This document shows, piece after piece, positions 9,541 to 19,656 of a stretch of DNA of 64,000 nt (position 1 is its first letter; each line of letters begins with the position of its first letter). The translations under genes were made by a program, and so were the position numbers. The stretch is from Bacilli bacterium (GTDB lineage Bacteria > Bacillota_I > Bacilli_A > RF39 > UBA660): NCBI GenBank assembly GCA_017460175.1, contig JAFUBO010000003.1:17150-81149 (forward strand). Direction: 5' to 3'. Under the pieces are notes generated by a model that worked only from the letters and a program-made list of their open reading frames with translations, was not told where the DNA came from and made no database searches.

Positions 9541-10124
9541 AAAAAGCATCTTTTATTAAAAGACTTTGTGCATATGCAATAGATTTTTTAATAATATTAA
9601 TGGCTACTAGTATATTATCAATTCCATTTACTGATAGTGAAAAGGTTTTAGAAATACAAAAAGAGACTAATACTGTATTACAACAATATCAAGCTGGAGA
9701 AATTATGCCTAATGAATATTTATCAAGAGTTTCAGATGTTTATTATAGATTAGGTAGAGAAAGTGGAATTAATACTTTCATTGAGATAATATTAGGAATA
9801 TTATATTATGTAGTTTTCCAATTATATAATAAAGGACAAACTATTGGTAAGAAAATAATGGGTATTAAGATAGTATCTGATACTGGTGATTTAAGTATGA
9901 ATCAAATGATATTTAGAGCATTTATATCTAATACAATATTGTTAAATATTATTAATTTTGGATTTGTTACTTTTGCTGGTAGAATGGTATATACTGGCGT
10001 ATTATCGACATTCACTATGTTGCAATATGTTATTACATTTATTTCAATTCTATTAGCAACAACAACTGAAGGTAGAACTATTCACGATAGAATAGCACAT
10101 ACTAGAGTAGTAAGTATAAAATAG
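9525..10124 (+). CDS. RDD-family membrane protein
   Basis: 'RLCAYAIDFLIIL' RDD-type motif. Three or four TM segments. 199 aa. Confidence 0.4.
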   Translation: MAKELKKASFIKRLCAYAIDFLIILMATSILSIPFTDSEKVLEIQKETNTVLQQYQAGEIMPNEYLSRVSDVYYRLGRESGINTFIEIILGILYYVVFQLYNKGQTIGKKIMGIKIVSDTGDLSMNQMIFRAFISNTILLNIINFGFVTFAGRMVYTGVLSTFTMLQYVITFISILLATTTEGRTIHDRIAHTRVVSIK

Positions 10125-10133
10125 GAGGTTTTT

Positions 10134-11627
10134 ATGAGAGAATTTAGTGAACAAGAATTAGTTAGAAGAGAAAAGAAAGATAAATTAATTGAACTTGGTT
10201 TAGATGCTTTTGGTCAAAGATATGACAGAGAAGATTATGCTTTAGATATTAAAGAAAAATATAAAGATGTTGATCATGATGCATTTGAAAATATGAATGA
10301 TACTGCTAAGGTAGCAGGAAGAATTATGTTTATTAGAAAAATGGGTAAAGCATCATTCTTTAGTATTCAAGATAAAACGGGATCTATTCAAATATATATA
10401 TCAATTAATGATATTGGTGAGGAGTCTTATGAATTATTTAAATCAGCTGACATTGGAGATATAGTTGGTGTTTATGGTAAAGTAATGAAGACTAAGACTG
10501 GTGAAGTTACTATTAAATGTTTAGAGTATACTCATTTAGTTAAAGCTTTAAGACCACTACCTGAAAAATTTCATGGATTAGTTGATAAAGAAGAAAGATA
10601 TAGAAGACGATATGTTGATTTGATGGTTAATGAGGATTCAAGAAAGGTTGCTTTTATGAGACCTAGAATTATTCGAGCTATTCAAAGATTTTTAGATGAT
10701 AGAGGATTTGTAGAAGTTGAAACTCCTATTTTGACAACATTATTAACAGGAGCAAGTGCTCGTCCATTTGTTACTCATCACAATGCACAAGATATAGATA
10801 TGTATTTAAGAATAGCTTTAGAGTTAAATTTAAAGAGATTATTAGTAGGTGGAATGGAAAGAGTTTATGAGATAGGAAGAACATTTAGAAATGAAGGAAT
10901 GGATTCACAACATAATCCTGAATTTACTTTAATGGAGTTATATCAAGCATATAGTGATTTAGATGGAATGATGGAATTAACAGAATCTATGTATAAATAT
11001 ATTGCAAAAGAAGTATGTGGAAAAACTACTTTCCATTATTTAGGTCATGATATTGATCTTTCTGGTGAATGGAAAAGAATTTCTATGACTGATGCAATTA
11101 AAGAAAAAACAGGAATTGATTTTAAAGCAATTGATTCTTTAGATGAGTGTTTAAAACTTGCTAATGAACATAATATAGAATTAGAAGAACATGAAAAACA
11201 ATATGGTCATATTATTAATAAATTCTTTGAAAAATATGTGGAAGAAACTTTAATTCAACCTACATTCTTATATGGGCATCCAATTGAAATTAGTCCTTTA
11301 ACTAAGAAAGATAAGGATGATCCTAGATTTACTCAAAGATTTGAATTGTTTATTTCAGGACATGAGTGTGCAAATGCTTATACTGAGTTAAATGATCCAG
11401 ATGATCAATTAGAAAGATTTGAAGCACAATTAAAGGAAAAAGAATTAGGTAATGCAGAAGCAAATGATATAGATATGGACTTCATAGAAGCATTAGAATA
11501 TGGTATGCCACCTGCTGGTGGAATTGGTTATGGAATTGATAGATTAGTTATGCTATTTACTGAACAAGAGTCAATTAGAGATGTATTATTATTTCCAACA
11601 ATGAAAGAAAGAAAGAAAGAGGATTAA
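10134..11627 (+). CDS. lysS: lysyl-tRNA synthetase (class II)
   Basis: OB-fold N-terminal domain, class II motifs ('FRNEG', 'GGIGYGIDRLVMLFT'). 497 aa. Confidence 0.9.
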   Translation: MREFSEQELVRREKKDKLIELGLDAFGQRYDREDYALDIKEKYKDVDHDAFENMNDTAKVAGRIMFIRKMGKASFFSIQDKTGSIQIYISINDIGEESYELFKSADIGDIVGVYGKVMKTKTGEVTIKCLEYTHLVKALRPLPEKFHGLVDKEERYRRRYVDLMVNEDSRKVAFMRPRIIRAIQRFLDDRGFVEVETPILTTLLTGASARPFVTHHNAQDIDMYLRIALELNLKRLLVGGMERVYEIGRTFRNEGMDSQHNPEFTLMELYQAYSDLDGMMELTESMYKYIAKEVCGKTTFHYLGHDIDLSGEWKRISMTDAIKEKTGIDFKAIDSLDECLKLANEHNIELEEHEKQYGHIINKFFEKYVEETLIQPTFLYGHPIEISPLTKKDKDDPRFTQRFELFISGHECANAYTELNDPDDQLERFEAQLKEKELGNAEANDIDMDFIEALEYGMPPAGGIGYGIDRLVMLFTEQESIRDVLLFPTMKERKKED

Positions 11628-11718
11628 ACCTCTTTTTTTATTAAAAAAATTAACAAAAAAGGTGTAAATACTTGTAAAAAAATATTGAAAATAATATAAT
11701 TATTATGGGAGGTTAATT

Positions 11719-13251
11719 ATGAAGAAACATAATACAAGTAAAGTCGTTCTTATTACTATGCTAGTGTTCTTATTATTATCTTGGATATTACCTGCTGCTT
11801 ATTATTCAGGACAATATGTAGATCAAGGACGCGTTCAAATGGGATTATTTGATTTATTCAATTATCCATTAACTGCATTTAGTTATTTTGGATATATTGC
11901 ATTATTCTTAATCCTAGTTGGAGGATTTTATGGAATTTTATATAAGATTCCTGCATATCGTACATTCTTAGAGAGGATTGTAAAATTATTTGAAGGAAAG
12001 GAAAAAATAGCTTTATCTATTATGGTTGCTTTAATAGCATTAATAGTATCAGTATGTGGAATGCAATTTGGAATAGCTTTATTTATTCCATTTATAGTAG
12101 CATTAATCTTATTAATGGGATATGATAAAATTGTTGCTGCATTAGTTACAGTTGGATCAATTATAGCTGGTTTAATAGGTACTACTACTGCAACTAATAA
12201 TACAAGTCTATTAACAACTACATTAGGACTTGATTCTAATTATCAAATAGGTGTTAGATGGATTATCTTATTAGTAGGTATTATTTTAGTTATTTTTAAT
12301 ACTTTAATGTATATTAAGGCTAATAGTAAAATCAAAGAAACTAAAAAAGCAGAAAAGAAAGCAGAAAAGAAAGAAGAAGTAAAGAAAGTTGTAGTTAAAA
12401 AAACACCAGCTAAAAAAGCTACTGCTAAGAAAACAACTAAATCTTCAAAAACTCGTAAGAGTTCTAATAAGGCAGCATTAATTGATGAAGATGTAATTAT
12501 TGTACCTGCTGAAGTTAGTGGAAATCATAAAATATGGCCATTTGTTTTAACATTTAGTTTATTGTTTGTACTATTTGTTTTAGCATTTATTTCTTGGGGA
12601 GCTCTTAAGATTGATGCATTTGATAAGGCAACTCAAGCAGTTCAAGAATTTGAATTATTTAAATTCCCAATATTTGCTAAATTATTAGGTACTATTAATT
12701 CATTTGGAAATTGGACAATAACAGATTTATTCTTACCAATGGCATTAACTATTTTAATTCTAGTATTAATTTATAGAATTAAATTAGATGATATATTTGA
12801 TGGATTTATTGAAGGAGCTAAAAAAGCTTTAGCACCAGCAGCACTTGTTATTTTACTATATTCAATTTTAGTATTAGTAACATATCATCCATTCCAATTA
12901 GTAATTTATAAAGCAATTTTAGGAATAACTAAGAAATTTAATATTGTAACTACTGTATTAGTAGCAATGCTATCAGGATTATTTAATTCAGATATAGCAT
13001 ATAGTTATCAAGCAGTTGTTCCTTATTTCACAAGCGTAGTAACAAAATCAACTGATTATTCTTTAGCAGCTATTATTTTCCAAACAATATATGGATTAAC
13101 TATGTTAGTTGCTCCTACAAGTTTAGTATTAATGGGAATTTTAGCATACTTAAAGATTACTTATAAAGAATGGTTAAAGAATATTTGGAAATTATTATTA
13201 GAGTTCTTTGTAATTCTATTAATTATATTCATAATACTAGCTTTAATATAA
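11719..13251 (+). CDS. YfcC/DUF1063-family polytopic membrane transporter-like protein with Lys/Ala-rich insertion
   Basis: 510 aa, at least 10 TM segments. N-terminal region resembles the YfcC (C4-dicarboxylate anaerobic carrier-like) family. Internal 45-aa basic low-complexity segment 'KKAEKKAEKKEEVKKVVVKKTPAKKATAKK...'. Own promoter TTGTAA-17-TATAAT at 11674-11702. Confidence 0.4.
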   Translation: MKKHNTSKVVLITMLVFLLLSWILPAAYYSGQYVDQGRVQMGLFDLFNYPLTAFSYFGYIALFLILVGGFYGILYKIPAYRTFLERIVKLFEGKEKIALSIMVALIALIVSVCGMQFGIALFIPFIVALILLMGYDKIVAALVTVGSIIAGLIGTTTATNNTSLLTTTLGLDSNYQIGVRWIILLVGIILVIFNTLMYIKANSKIKETKKAEKKAEKKEEVKKVVVKKTPAKKATAKKTTKSSKTRKSSNKAALIDEDVIIVPAEVSGNHKIWPFVLTFSLLFVLFVLAFISWGALKIDAFDKATQAVQEFELFKFPIFAKLLGTINSFGNWTITDLFLPMALTILILVLIYRIKLDDIFDGFIEGAKKALAPAALVILLYSILVLVTYHPFQLVIYKAILGITKKFNIVTTVLVAMLSGLFNSDIAYSYQAVVPYFTSVVTKSTDYSLAAIIFQTIYGLTMLVAPTSLVLMGILAYLKITYKEWLKNIWKLLLEFFVILLIIFIILALI

Positions 13252-13284
13252 AATAAAAGAAGCCTTTGGGCTTCTTTTTTTGTC
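13252..13284 (+). terminator. intrinsic terminator
   Basis: Hairpin 'aagaagcc-tttg-ggcttctt' followed by a T-tract. Confidence 0.5.
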
Positions 13285-13351
13285 TAAATTTAGGGTATGA
13301 ATTTAATTGAATCATATATATTATATATATAAAATAAATTTAGGTGATTAT

Positions 13352-15343
13352 ATGAATTTATTTTTTGATGAAATGAGCCAAAAATTGATTATAAATGCTA
13401 AAAAGGAAATGTATGAATTAAAACATCCATATGTTGGGAGTGAACATTTATTATTAGCTATACTTCATGAAAATTTAGATATTACTAAAACATTGAATAA
13501 TTTTAATGTTACATATGATAAGTTTAAACAGGAGTTAGTTAATACTGTAGGTATAGGTTCAAAAGAAAACACTTGGTTTTTATTTACTCCTTTACTTAGA
13601 AGAATTATTAATAATGCTACATATTATTCTAGAGATAATAATAAGATGGTTACTCCTTACAATTTACTTGTTTCTATTTTACAAGAAGGTGATGGAGTAG
13701 CAAATAGAATATTATTAGGAATGAATATAGAAATGAATAAATTATGTGAGAAGTTTTTATCTAATGAATACATGCAGTCAAGTAATAATAAAAAAACTAT
13801 ACTTGATGAACTAGGTGTAAATATGAATGAATGTGCTAGATTAGGTAAATATGATCCGGTAATTGGTAGAGAAAATGAAATAAATAGAGTTATTCAAATA
13901 TTATTAAGAAAAAATAAGAATAATCCTTTATTAATAGGTGAAGCAGGAGTTGGTAAAACAGCTATTGTCGAGGAATTAGCTAAAAAAATTAATATAGGTG
14001 ATGTTCCTTATAAATTAAAAGATAAAATTATTTATAGTATTTCAATGTCTGTTTTAGTGGCAGGTACTAAATATAGAGGTGAATTTGAAGAAAAAATTAA
14101 TAGGTTATTGGATGAAGTAAAAAATAATTCAAATATAATTTTATTTATAGATGAAGTTCATACTTTAATGGGAGCTGGTGGTGCTGAAGGAGCTATTGAT
14201 GCATCTAATATAGTCAAACCATTTTTAGCTAGGGGTGATATAAAGGTAATTGGTGCTACTACATTAGAAGAATATTTTAAATTTATAGATAAGGATAAAG
14301 CATTAGATAGGCGTTTTCAAAAAATTTATATAAAAGAACCTGGAAAAGAGTCAGTTAAAAATATTTTATATAAATTAAAAGATGTATATGAAAATTATCA
14401 TAATGTTATATTAAAAAAGAGAATTTTAAATAAAATAGTTGATTATTCTTTTGATTCAATATTTAATGGAAGACAACCTGACAAAGCAATAGATTTATTA
14501 GATGAGGTATGTTCTTATGCAGCTATCGCTAATAGTGTTAATCAAAAATTAGTTAATTATGAAATTAAAATTAATGAAATAGAAGAAAAGAAGAATCATG
14601 AAATAAAATTACATAATTTTAAAAAAGCTTTAATGTTGAAAAATAGAGAAATGAATTTACGTAGTGAATATAATAATTATTTACTTAATTTCTCTAATAA
14701 TGAGAAAGTGGTAATAACTAATGAAATAATTAAAGATGTTATATATAATAAAAATAGAATAATAAAAAGAAATGAATATTTAGAAAGAATAAATACTGCT
14801 AAAAAGGATTGTACATGTTCCAAATTAGATTTGTTATTTGATGTTTTAGAAAAATATGAATATATTGAAAATAATAAGCCTTTTACTATTCTTTTAATTT
14901 CAAAAAATGTATCTAAAGAACTATTATTGGTAGATAAAGTAATTAAAAATATTTTTGATGGTTCTAATTATATAAATATAGATATGAATGAATTTAAAGA
15001 TTATTCATCAATAAGTAGATTGATTGGTGGTGCTTCTGGATATATTGGATCTTTAGATAATTATGTATTTCAAAGTATAAAAGAAAATCCCTTTACTATC
15101 TTATTTTTTAAAAATATAGATAAAGCACATCCTAGAATAATTAAATTATTATTTAATGGAATAAGTAATGGATATATAGAAAATTCTAAAAATGATAAAA
15201 TATATATTTCAAAGTGTATTATTTTTATGAGTATTAGTAATATGAATAGTGAAATAGGATTTAATGATATAAAAAATGATAATAATATTTTTAGTAAAGT
15301 TTTATATACTATTGATTTTGATTTAACTGGTACTAAAAATTAG
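13352..15343 (+). CDS. ClpC-like AAA+ protein with Clp_N repeats, intact D1 ATPase, degenerate D2
   Basis: Clp_N '[14 protein letters not shown]'. D1 Walker A '[15 protein letters not shown]', Walker B 'ILFIDEVH'. C-terminal half aligns to D2 but lacks a GxxGxGKT Walker A. 'aggtga' RBS precedes ATG 13352. Genomic position equals the clpC slot upstream of cysS. Confidence 0.55.
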   Translation: MNLFFDEMSQKLIINAKKEMYELKHPYVGSEHLLLAILHENLDITKTLNNFNVTYDKFKQELVNTVGIGSKENTWFLFTPLLRRIINNATYYSRDNNKMVTPYNLLVSILQEGDGVANRILLGMNIEMNKLCEKFLSNEYMQSSNNKKTILDELGVNMNECARLGKYDPVIGRENEINRVIQILLRKNKNNPLLIGEAGVGKTAIVEELAKKINIGDVPYKLKDKIIYSISMSVLVAGTKYRGEFEEKINRLLDEVKNNSNIILFIDEVHTLMGAGGAEGAIDASNIVKPFLARGDIKVIGATTLEEYFKFIDKDKALDRRFQKIYIKEPGKESVKNILYKLKDVYENYHNVILKKRILNKIVDYSFDSIFNGRQPDKAIDLLDEVCSYAAIANSVNQKLVNYEIKINEIEEKKNHEIKLHNFKKALMLKNREMNLRSEYNNYLLNFSNNEKVVITNEIIKDVIYNKNRIIKRNEYLERINTAKKDCTCSKLDLLFDVLEKYEYIENNKPFTILLISKNVSKELLLVDKVIKNIFDGSNYINIDMNEFKDYSSISRLIGGASGYIGSLDNYVFQSIKENPFTILFFKNIDKAHPRIIKLLFNGISNGYIENSKNDKIYISKCIIFMSISNMNSEIGFNDIKNDNNIFSKVLYTIDFDLTGTKN

Positions 15344-15393
15344 TCTATATTTTTAAATATTCTTTTGATATAATAACGTTGGTAGGTGGTTTT

Positions 15394-16782
15394 ATGAAGT
15401 TATATAATACTTTAACTAGAAAAATAGAAGATTTTGTTCCTAATGAAGAAAATAAAGTAAAGATGTATACATGTGGACCTACTGTATATCATTATGCTCA
15501 TATTGGAAATATTAGAAATTATATAGGACATGATATTTTAGATAAGACTTTAAGGTACTTAGGCTATGATGTTACTCGTGCTATGAACATTACTGATGTA
15601 GGACATCTTGCTAATGATTCAGATGATGGTGAAGATAAGATGGAAATAGCTAGAAAAAGAGAAGGTAAAACTTCTATGGAAATAGCTAAATACTATACAG
15701 ATGCTTTTTTTCAAGATTTTGATAAAGTAAATTGTAAAAAACCAGAAATTATATCTCCAGCTACTGAAAACATAGATATGTATATTAAGATAATTACTAA
15801 ACTATTAGATGATGGATATGCATATTCTTCAGGTGGAAATATATATTTTGATATTAGTAAGTTAAATGATTATTATGTTTTAACTAATCACCAAGAAGAT
15901 GATTTAGTAGTAGGTGCTAGAGAAGGGGTAGAAGAGGATAAATCAAAAAGAAATCAGGCAGATTTTACTTTATGGTTTACTACTAGCAAATTTGAAAACC
16001 ATGAACTTCTTTGGGATTCGCCATGGGGTAGAGGTTATCCAGGTTGGCATATAGAATGTTCAGGAATATCTATTAGATATTTAGGAGAATATTTGGATAT
16101 TCATGGTGGTGGTGTTGATAATATATTTCCTCATCATACTAATGAGATTGCTCAAAGTGAAGCTTATTTAGGACATAAATGGTGTAATTATTGGTTTCAT
16201 AATGAACATTTATTAGATGAAAGTGGTAAAATGTCTAAATCAAATGGAGCAATACTTACCGTATCATTACTTGAAAAAAATGGTTATGATCCTATTGCTT
16301 TTAGATTTATGTGTTTAAATTCACATTACAGAAAACAATTAGTGTTTTCATATGATGCTTTAGATCAAGCTACTACTACACTTCAAAAATTAAAGAAAAG
16401 AATATTTTCATTAGGTAATGAAGGTGAGATATCCCAAGAAAAGTTTAATATATATAAATCAAAATTTAGTGAAGAATTATCTAATGATTTAAATACATCT
16501 AACACAATTACTATTATTTATGATTTATTAAAAGATGATAGTGTTAATGATGTTACTAAAAGAAGTTTAATAGAAGATTTTGATAGGGTATTATCATTAG
16601 ATTTATTAAAAGAAAAAGATAAAGTTGAATTAGATTCAGAAATTCTTTCTAAAATTGAAGAAAGAAATGAAGCAAAGAAAAATAGAGATTTTACTAAAGC
16701 AGATGCCATTCGTGATGAATTATTATCTAAAGGTATTAAATTGATAGATTCTAGAGAAGGAACTACATATGAATTAATATAG
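15394..16782 (+). CDS. cysS: cysteinyl-tRNA synthetase
   Basis: HIGH motif 'HIGN', KMSKS 'KMSKS', Zn ligands. 463 aa from ATG 15394; the upstream TTG at 15379 is less likely. Confidence 0.85.
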   Translation: MKLYNTLTRKIEDFVPNEENKVKMYTCGPTVYHYAHIGNIRNYIGHDILDKTLRYLGYDVTRAMNITDVGHLANDSDDGEDKMEIARKREGKTSMEIAKYYTDAFFQDFDKVNCKKPEIISPATENIDMYIKIITKLLDDGYAYSSGGNIYFDISKLNDYYVLTNHQEDDLVVGAREGVEEDKSKRNQADFTLWFTTSKFENHELLWDSPWGRGYPGWHIECSGISIRYLGEYLDIHGGGVDNIFPHHTNEIAQSEAYLGHKWCNYWFHNEHLLDESGKMSKSNGAILTVSLLEKNGYDPIAFRFMCLNSHYRKQLVFSYDALDQATTTLQKLKKRIFSLGNEGEISQEKFNIYKSKFSEELSNDLNTSNTITIIYDLLKDDSVNDVTKRSLIEDFDRVLSLDLLKEKDKVELDSEILSKIEERNEAKKNRDFTKADAIRDELLSKGIKLIDSREGTTYELI

Positions 16783-16817
16783 TTCCTTTTTTATGCTATA
16801 ATAAAGTTGGTGATTTT

Positions 16818-17189
16818 ATGAACTTATTAGAAGTTAATGTATTAGTTCTTGCATATATGGGTGATACAGTATATGAAAATTATGTTAGAAAATATTTAAT
16901 TGAAAAGGGTATAGGAAATGTTAATGATTTGCAAACTAGTTCTTTGAATTATGTTAGTGCTAAGAGTCAAGCAAAATATTTAACTGAGATGATTGATAAA
17001 GAATATCTTACTAGTGATGAATTAGATATAGTTAAGAGAGCTAGAAATTATAAAACAACTTCACACCCTAAAAGTTGTGATATTATAACCTATAAATATG
17101 CAACAGGATTAGAGGCTTTAATTGGTTATTTATATTTAAATAATAATAAGGAAAGGATAGATGAAATTATGAATTTCATCTTAAGGTGA
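16818..17189 (+). CDS. mrnC: Mini-ribonuclease III (MrnC)
   Basis: 'LAYMGDTVYENYVRKYL' RNase III-like signature. 123 aa, located after cysS as in B. subtilis. Confidence 0.65.
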   Translation: MNLLEVNVLVLAYMGDTVYENYVRKYLIEKGIGNVNDLQTSSLNYVSAKSQAKYLTEMIDKEYLTSDELDIVKRARNYKTTSHPKSCDIITYKYATGLEALIGYLYLNNNKERIDEIMNFILR

Positions 17190-17193
17190 GATT

Positions 17194-17892
17194 ATGTTAG
17201 TAATGGGGAGAAATGTTGCGAGAGATTTACTTAAAAAAAATAAAAAAATTAAAAAAATAATAATTCAAGATAATTTTGATGATAAAGAAATTATTTCACT
17301 TATAGAAAAAAGTAATTTTGTTTGTGAAACTAAATCAAAACGTGAAATTGACAATTTGTGTCCGGGAGTTAATCAAGGTATAATTTTAGATATTCCGGAT
17401 TACAAGTATATGGAGTTAAATGATTTTTTAAGTAGTAATGATGATTTTGTAGTATTATTAGATCATTTAGAAGATCCTCATAATTTAGGAGCTATTATTA
17501 GAACTTGTGAAGCAGCAGGTGTTAAAAGTATAATTTTACCTCGTGATAGACAAGTACAAGTTAATGCTACTGTTATGAAGACTAGTGTTGGTACATTAGA
17601 TAATGTTAATATTGTTTCTGTTAGTAATTTAGTTAATACTATCGAAAGATTAAAAGAAAATGGTTTTTGGATAGTAGGAACTGCACTAGAAAATAGCGTT
17701 GATTATAGGGAAATTGATTATACTGGTAAAATTGCCTTAGTAATAGGTAATGAAGGTAAAGGTATTAGTGATTTGGTAAAAAAGAAGTGTGATTTTTTAG
17801 CTAAGATACCAATGTATGGTGAAACTAATAGTTTAAATGCTAGTGTAGCTGCAGGTATAATGATATATGAAGTAATCCGAAATAGAAAGTAG
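17194..17892 (+). CDS. rlmB: 23S rRNA 2'-O-methyltransferase, SpoU/TrmH family (RlmB/YacO-like)
   Basis: 'HLEDPHNLGAIIRTCEAAGV', 'LVIGNEGKGIS', 'LNASVAAGI' are the SPOUT motifs. Confidence 0.7.
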   Translation: MLVMGRNVARDLLKKNKKIKKIIIQDNFDDKEIISLIEKSNFVCETKSKREIDNLCPGVNQGIILDIPDYKYMELNDFLSSNDDFVVLLDHLEDPHNLGAIIRTCEAAGVKSIILPRDRQVQVNATVMKTSVGTLDNVNIVSVSNLVNTIERLKENGFWIVGTALENSVDYREIDYTGKIALVIGNEGKGISDLVKKKCDFLAKIPMYGETNSLNASVAAGIMIYEVIRNRK

Positions 17893-17897
17893 GTTAC

Positions 17898-18491
17898 ATG
17901 GATTATAAAAAGTACAATGATTATGAATTAGTTTATATGGTTAAAGAAGAAAATGAATATTATAGGGATATTTTGTTTAGAAAGTATCAGCCTATTATAT
18001 TAAAAATTTCTAATAAGTATTATAAGCAATATAAATATTATGGTTATGATTATGAAGATTTTTATCAAGAGGCTTTAGTATCATTTTATAAAGCAATTGA
18101 TAATTATGATAATACTAAAAATGTATTACTTTATACTTTTATTGTTGTGTGTATTAATAGAGGATTACTTTCTTTTGTTAGAGGAATTACTAATAAATGT
18201 ATTGATCTAAATAGTTCTTATCTTGATATTGATGAAAATGAGTTTTGTATACAAGATCCTACTAAAGATACAAATACAATAATTGATTATAATGAACTAG
18301 GAGAAGTAATAAAAAAAGTAATATTTTCTTTACCTATGGAATCTGGGGCAATACTTGAATTAAAATTAAATGGTTTTACTTATAGAGAAATAGGAACTTT
18401 ATTGGATATACCTACTAGTTCTGTTGAGTTTAAAAGTAGGAATGCTAGGAATATATTAAGAAAGAAAGTTAAAGCATATTATTGTAAATAG
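17898..18491 (+). CDS. sigH: sigma-70 family sigma factor, SigH-like
   Basis: Region 2 'DYEDFYQEALVSFYKAIDNYD' and region 4 HTH 'TYREIGTLLDIPTSSVEFKSRNARNILRK'. Occupies the sigH slot between rlmB and secE. Confidence 0.55.
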   Translation: MDYKKYNDYELVYMVKEENEYYRDILFRKYQPIILKISNKYYKQYKYYGYDYEDFYQEALVSFYKAIDNYDNTKNVLLYTFIVVCINRGLLSFVRGITNKCIDLNSSYLDIDENEFCIQDPTKDTNTIIDYNELGEVIKKVIFSLPMESGAILELKLNGFTYREIGTLLDIPTSSVEFKSRNARNILRKKVKAYYCK

Positions 18492-18547
18492 ACAAATTTA
18501 TAAATTGTCTTTTTTTTATTTTTGTTGTAGAATTATTTTAAGATAGG

Positions 18548-19237
18548 GTGATGTGCATGAAAAACAATTCAGTTACTTTATCAGAATGGGTTAAACTTCA
18601 TTCATCTGTGGATGAAAAACAATCTGTTTTTTTGAATATGGATAGAGCTCTTAAATATATTCATGAACATGGTTATTGTATAGAAGTATTTCATCCATCA
18701 GAAATTTATGTTTTGAATAATGAAGATAAGTATATACAGTTTAAAAAGTTAATAGAATTATCTAAAGATCCAATTATAAGTAAAAATATGATTAAAGAAG
18801 ATATACTTAATTCAGCATTAATTCAATTAGCTATATATAGTAATATATCGATTAGTTATATAAATATTGATTTTATAAAAGAACAATTTGATTCATTTAT
18901 ATTATTTCTTCCAAATACTGATGTTCCTTATTATAGAGGAGTAATTCAAAGAGGAGCTTCTGTGTATTTTTGTGAGTTTACTGCAGAAAGACGAAAAAGG
19001 GAAATAGAAGAAATGGAAAAAGAACTTGGAGATGATAAAAACATCTTAAAAGAAAATATAAATACTAATATTAGTGAAGCGGAAATGACTAATAAAAAAG
19101 TAAATGACTTAATATATAGGCAAATTAATGGAATGAATGATTCTGCTTTTGTAAGTATGTTAATTATTCCAATAGCTTTATTATTAATAACTTCTATTAT
19201 TATAATAACAACTATTATACTTAATTTTATAGGTTAA
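18548..19237 (+). CDS. hypothetical tail-anchored membrane protein
   Basis: 229 aa. Cytoplasmic N-domain, acidic/coiled segment 'ERRKREIEEMEKELGDD', single C-terminal TM 'LIIPIALLLITSIIIITTIILNFIG'. No known motif. Confidence 0.3.
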   Translation: MMCMKNNSVTLSEWVKLHSSVDEKQSVFLNMDRALKYIHEHGYCIEVFHPSEIYVLNNEDKYIQFKKLIELSKDPIISKNMIKEDILNSALIQLAIYSNISISYINIDFIKEQFDSFILFLPNTDVPYYRGVIQRGASVYFCEFTAERRKREIEEMEKELGDDKNILKENINTNISEAEMTNKKVNDLIYRQINGMNDSAFVSMLIIPIALLLITSIIIITTIILNFIG

Positions 19238-19301
19238 AATGTTGACATTTCTTTGTGATTATGCTATTTTATAGATGTAAGCACTTGGAAGTGTTTTTAT
19301 T

Positions 19302-19649
19302 TTGAAAAAATATAGGAATGGTGAAAATATGGCTGAAGTAAGAAAAAGAGTTTTAGAAGATAAGTATAATACAAAAAGTATTAAAACTACTAAAACTAAA
19401 AAGGAAACTAAAAAAGTTAAAACGACTACTGTAAAAAAGAAAGAAACTAAGAAAATAGAAAAAAAAGGAATTTTTACAAAATTTAGAATATTCTGTCATG
19501 GAGTAGCAAGTGAATTTAAGAAAGTTCATTGGCCTAATAAGAAAGATATGGTTAAATATTCAATTGCGACAATTATATTTATAATATTTTGTGGATTATT
19601 CTTTTATGCAATAGATGTAATATTTGCATTGATAAGGACATTAGTATAA
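19302..19649 (+). CDS. secE: preprotein translocase subunit SecE with Lys-rich N-terminal extension
   Basis: C-terminal 60 aa 'FCHGVASEFKKVHWPNKKDMVKYSIATIIFIIFCGLFFYAIDVIFALIRTLV' matches Bacillus SecE. Immediately upstream of nusG. The N-terminal 55 aa are K/T-rich; the exact start is uncertain (alternative ATG at 19329). Confidence 0.6.
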   Translation: MKKYRNGENMAEVRKRVLEDKYNTKSIKTTKTKKETKKVKTTTVKKKETKKIEKKGIFTKFRIFCHGVASEFKKVHWPNKKDMVKYSIATIIFIIFCGLFFYAIDVIFALIRTLV

Positions 19650-19656
19650 GGGAGTT

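Noticed and set aside
11628-11718. Possible riboswitch or T-box upstream of the YfcC-like gene and upstream of the aaRS genes (lysS, cysS)
   Set aside because: The leaders are too short (50-90 nt) and lack T-box or known riboswitch consensus elements. Only a terminator and a sigma-A promoter are evident.
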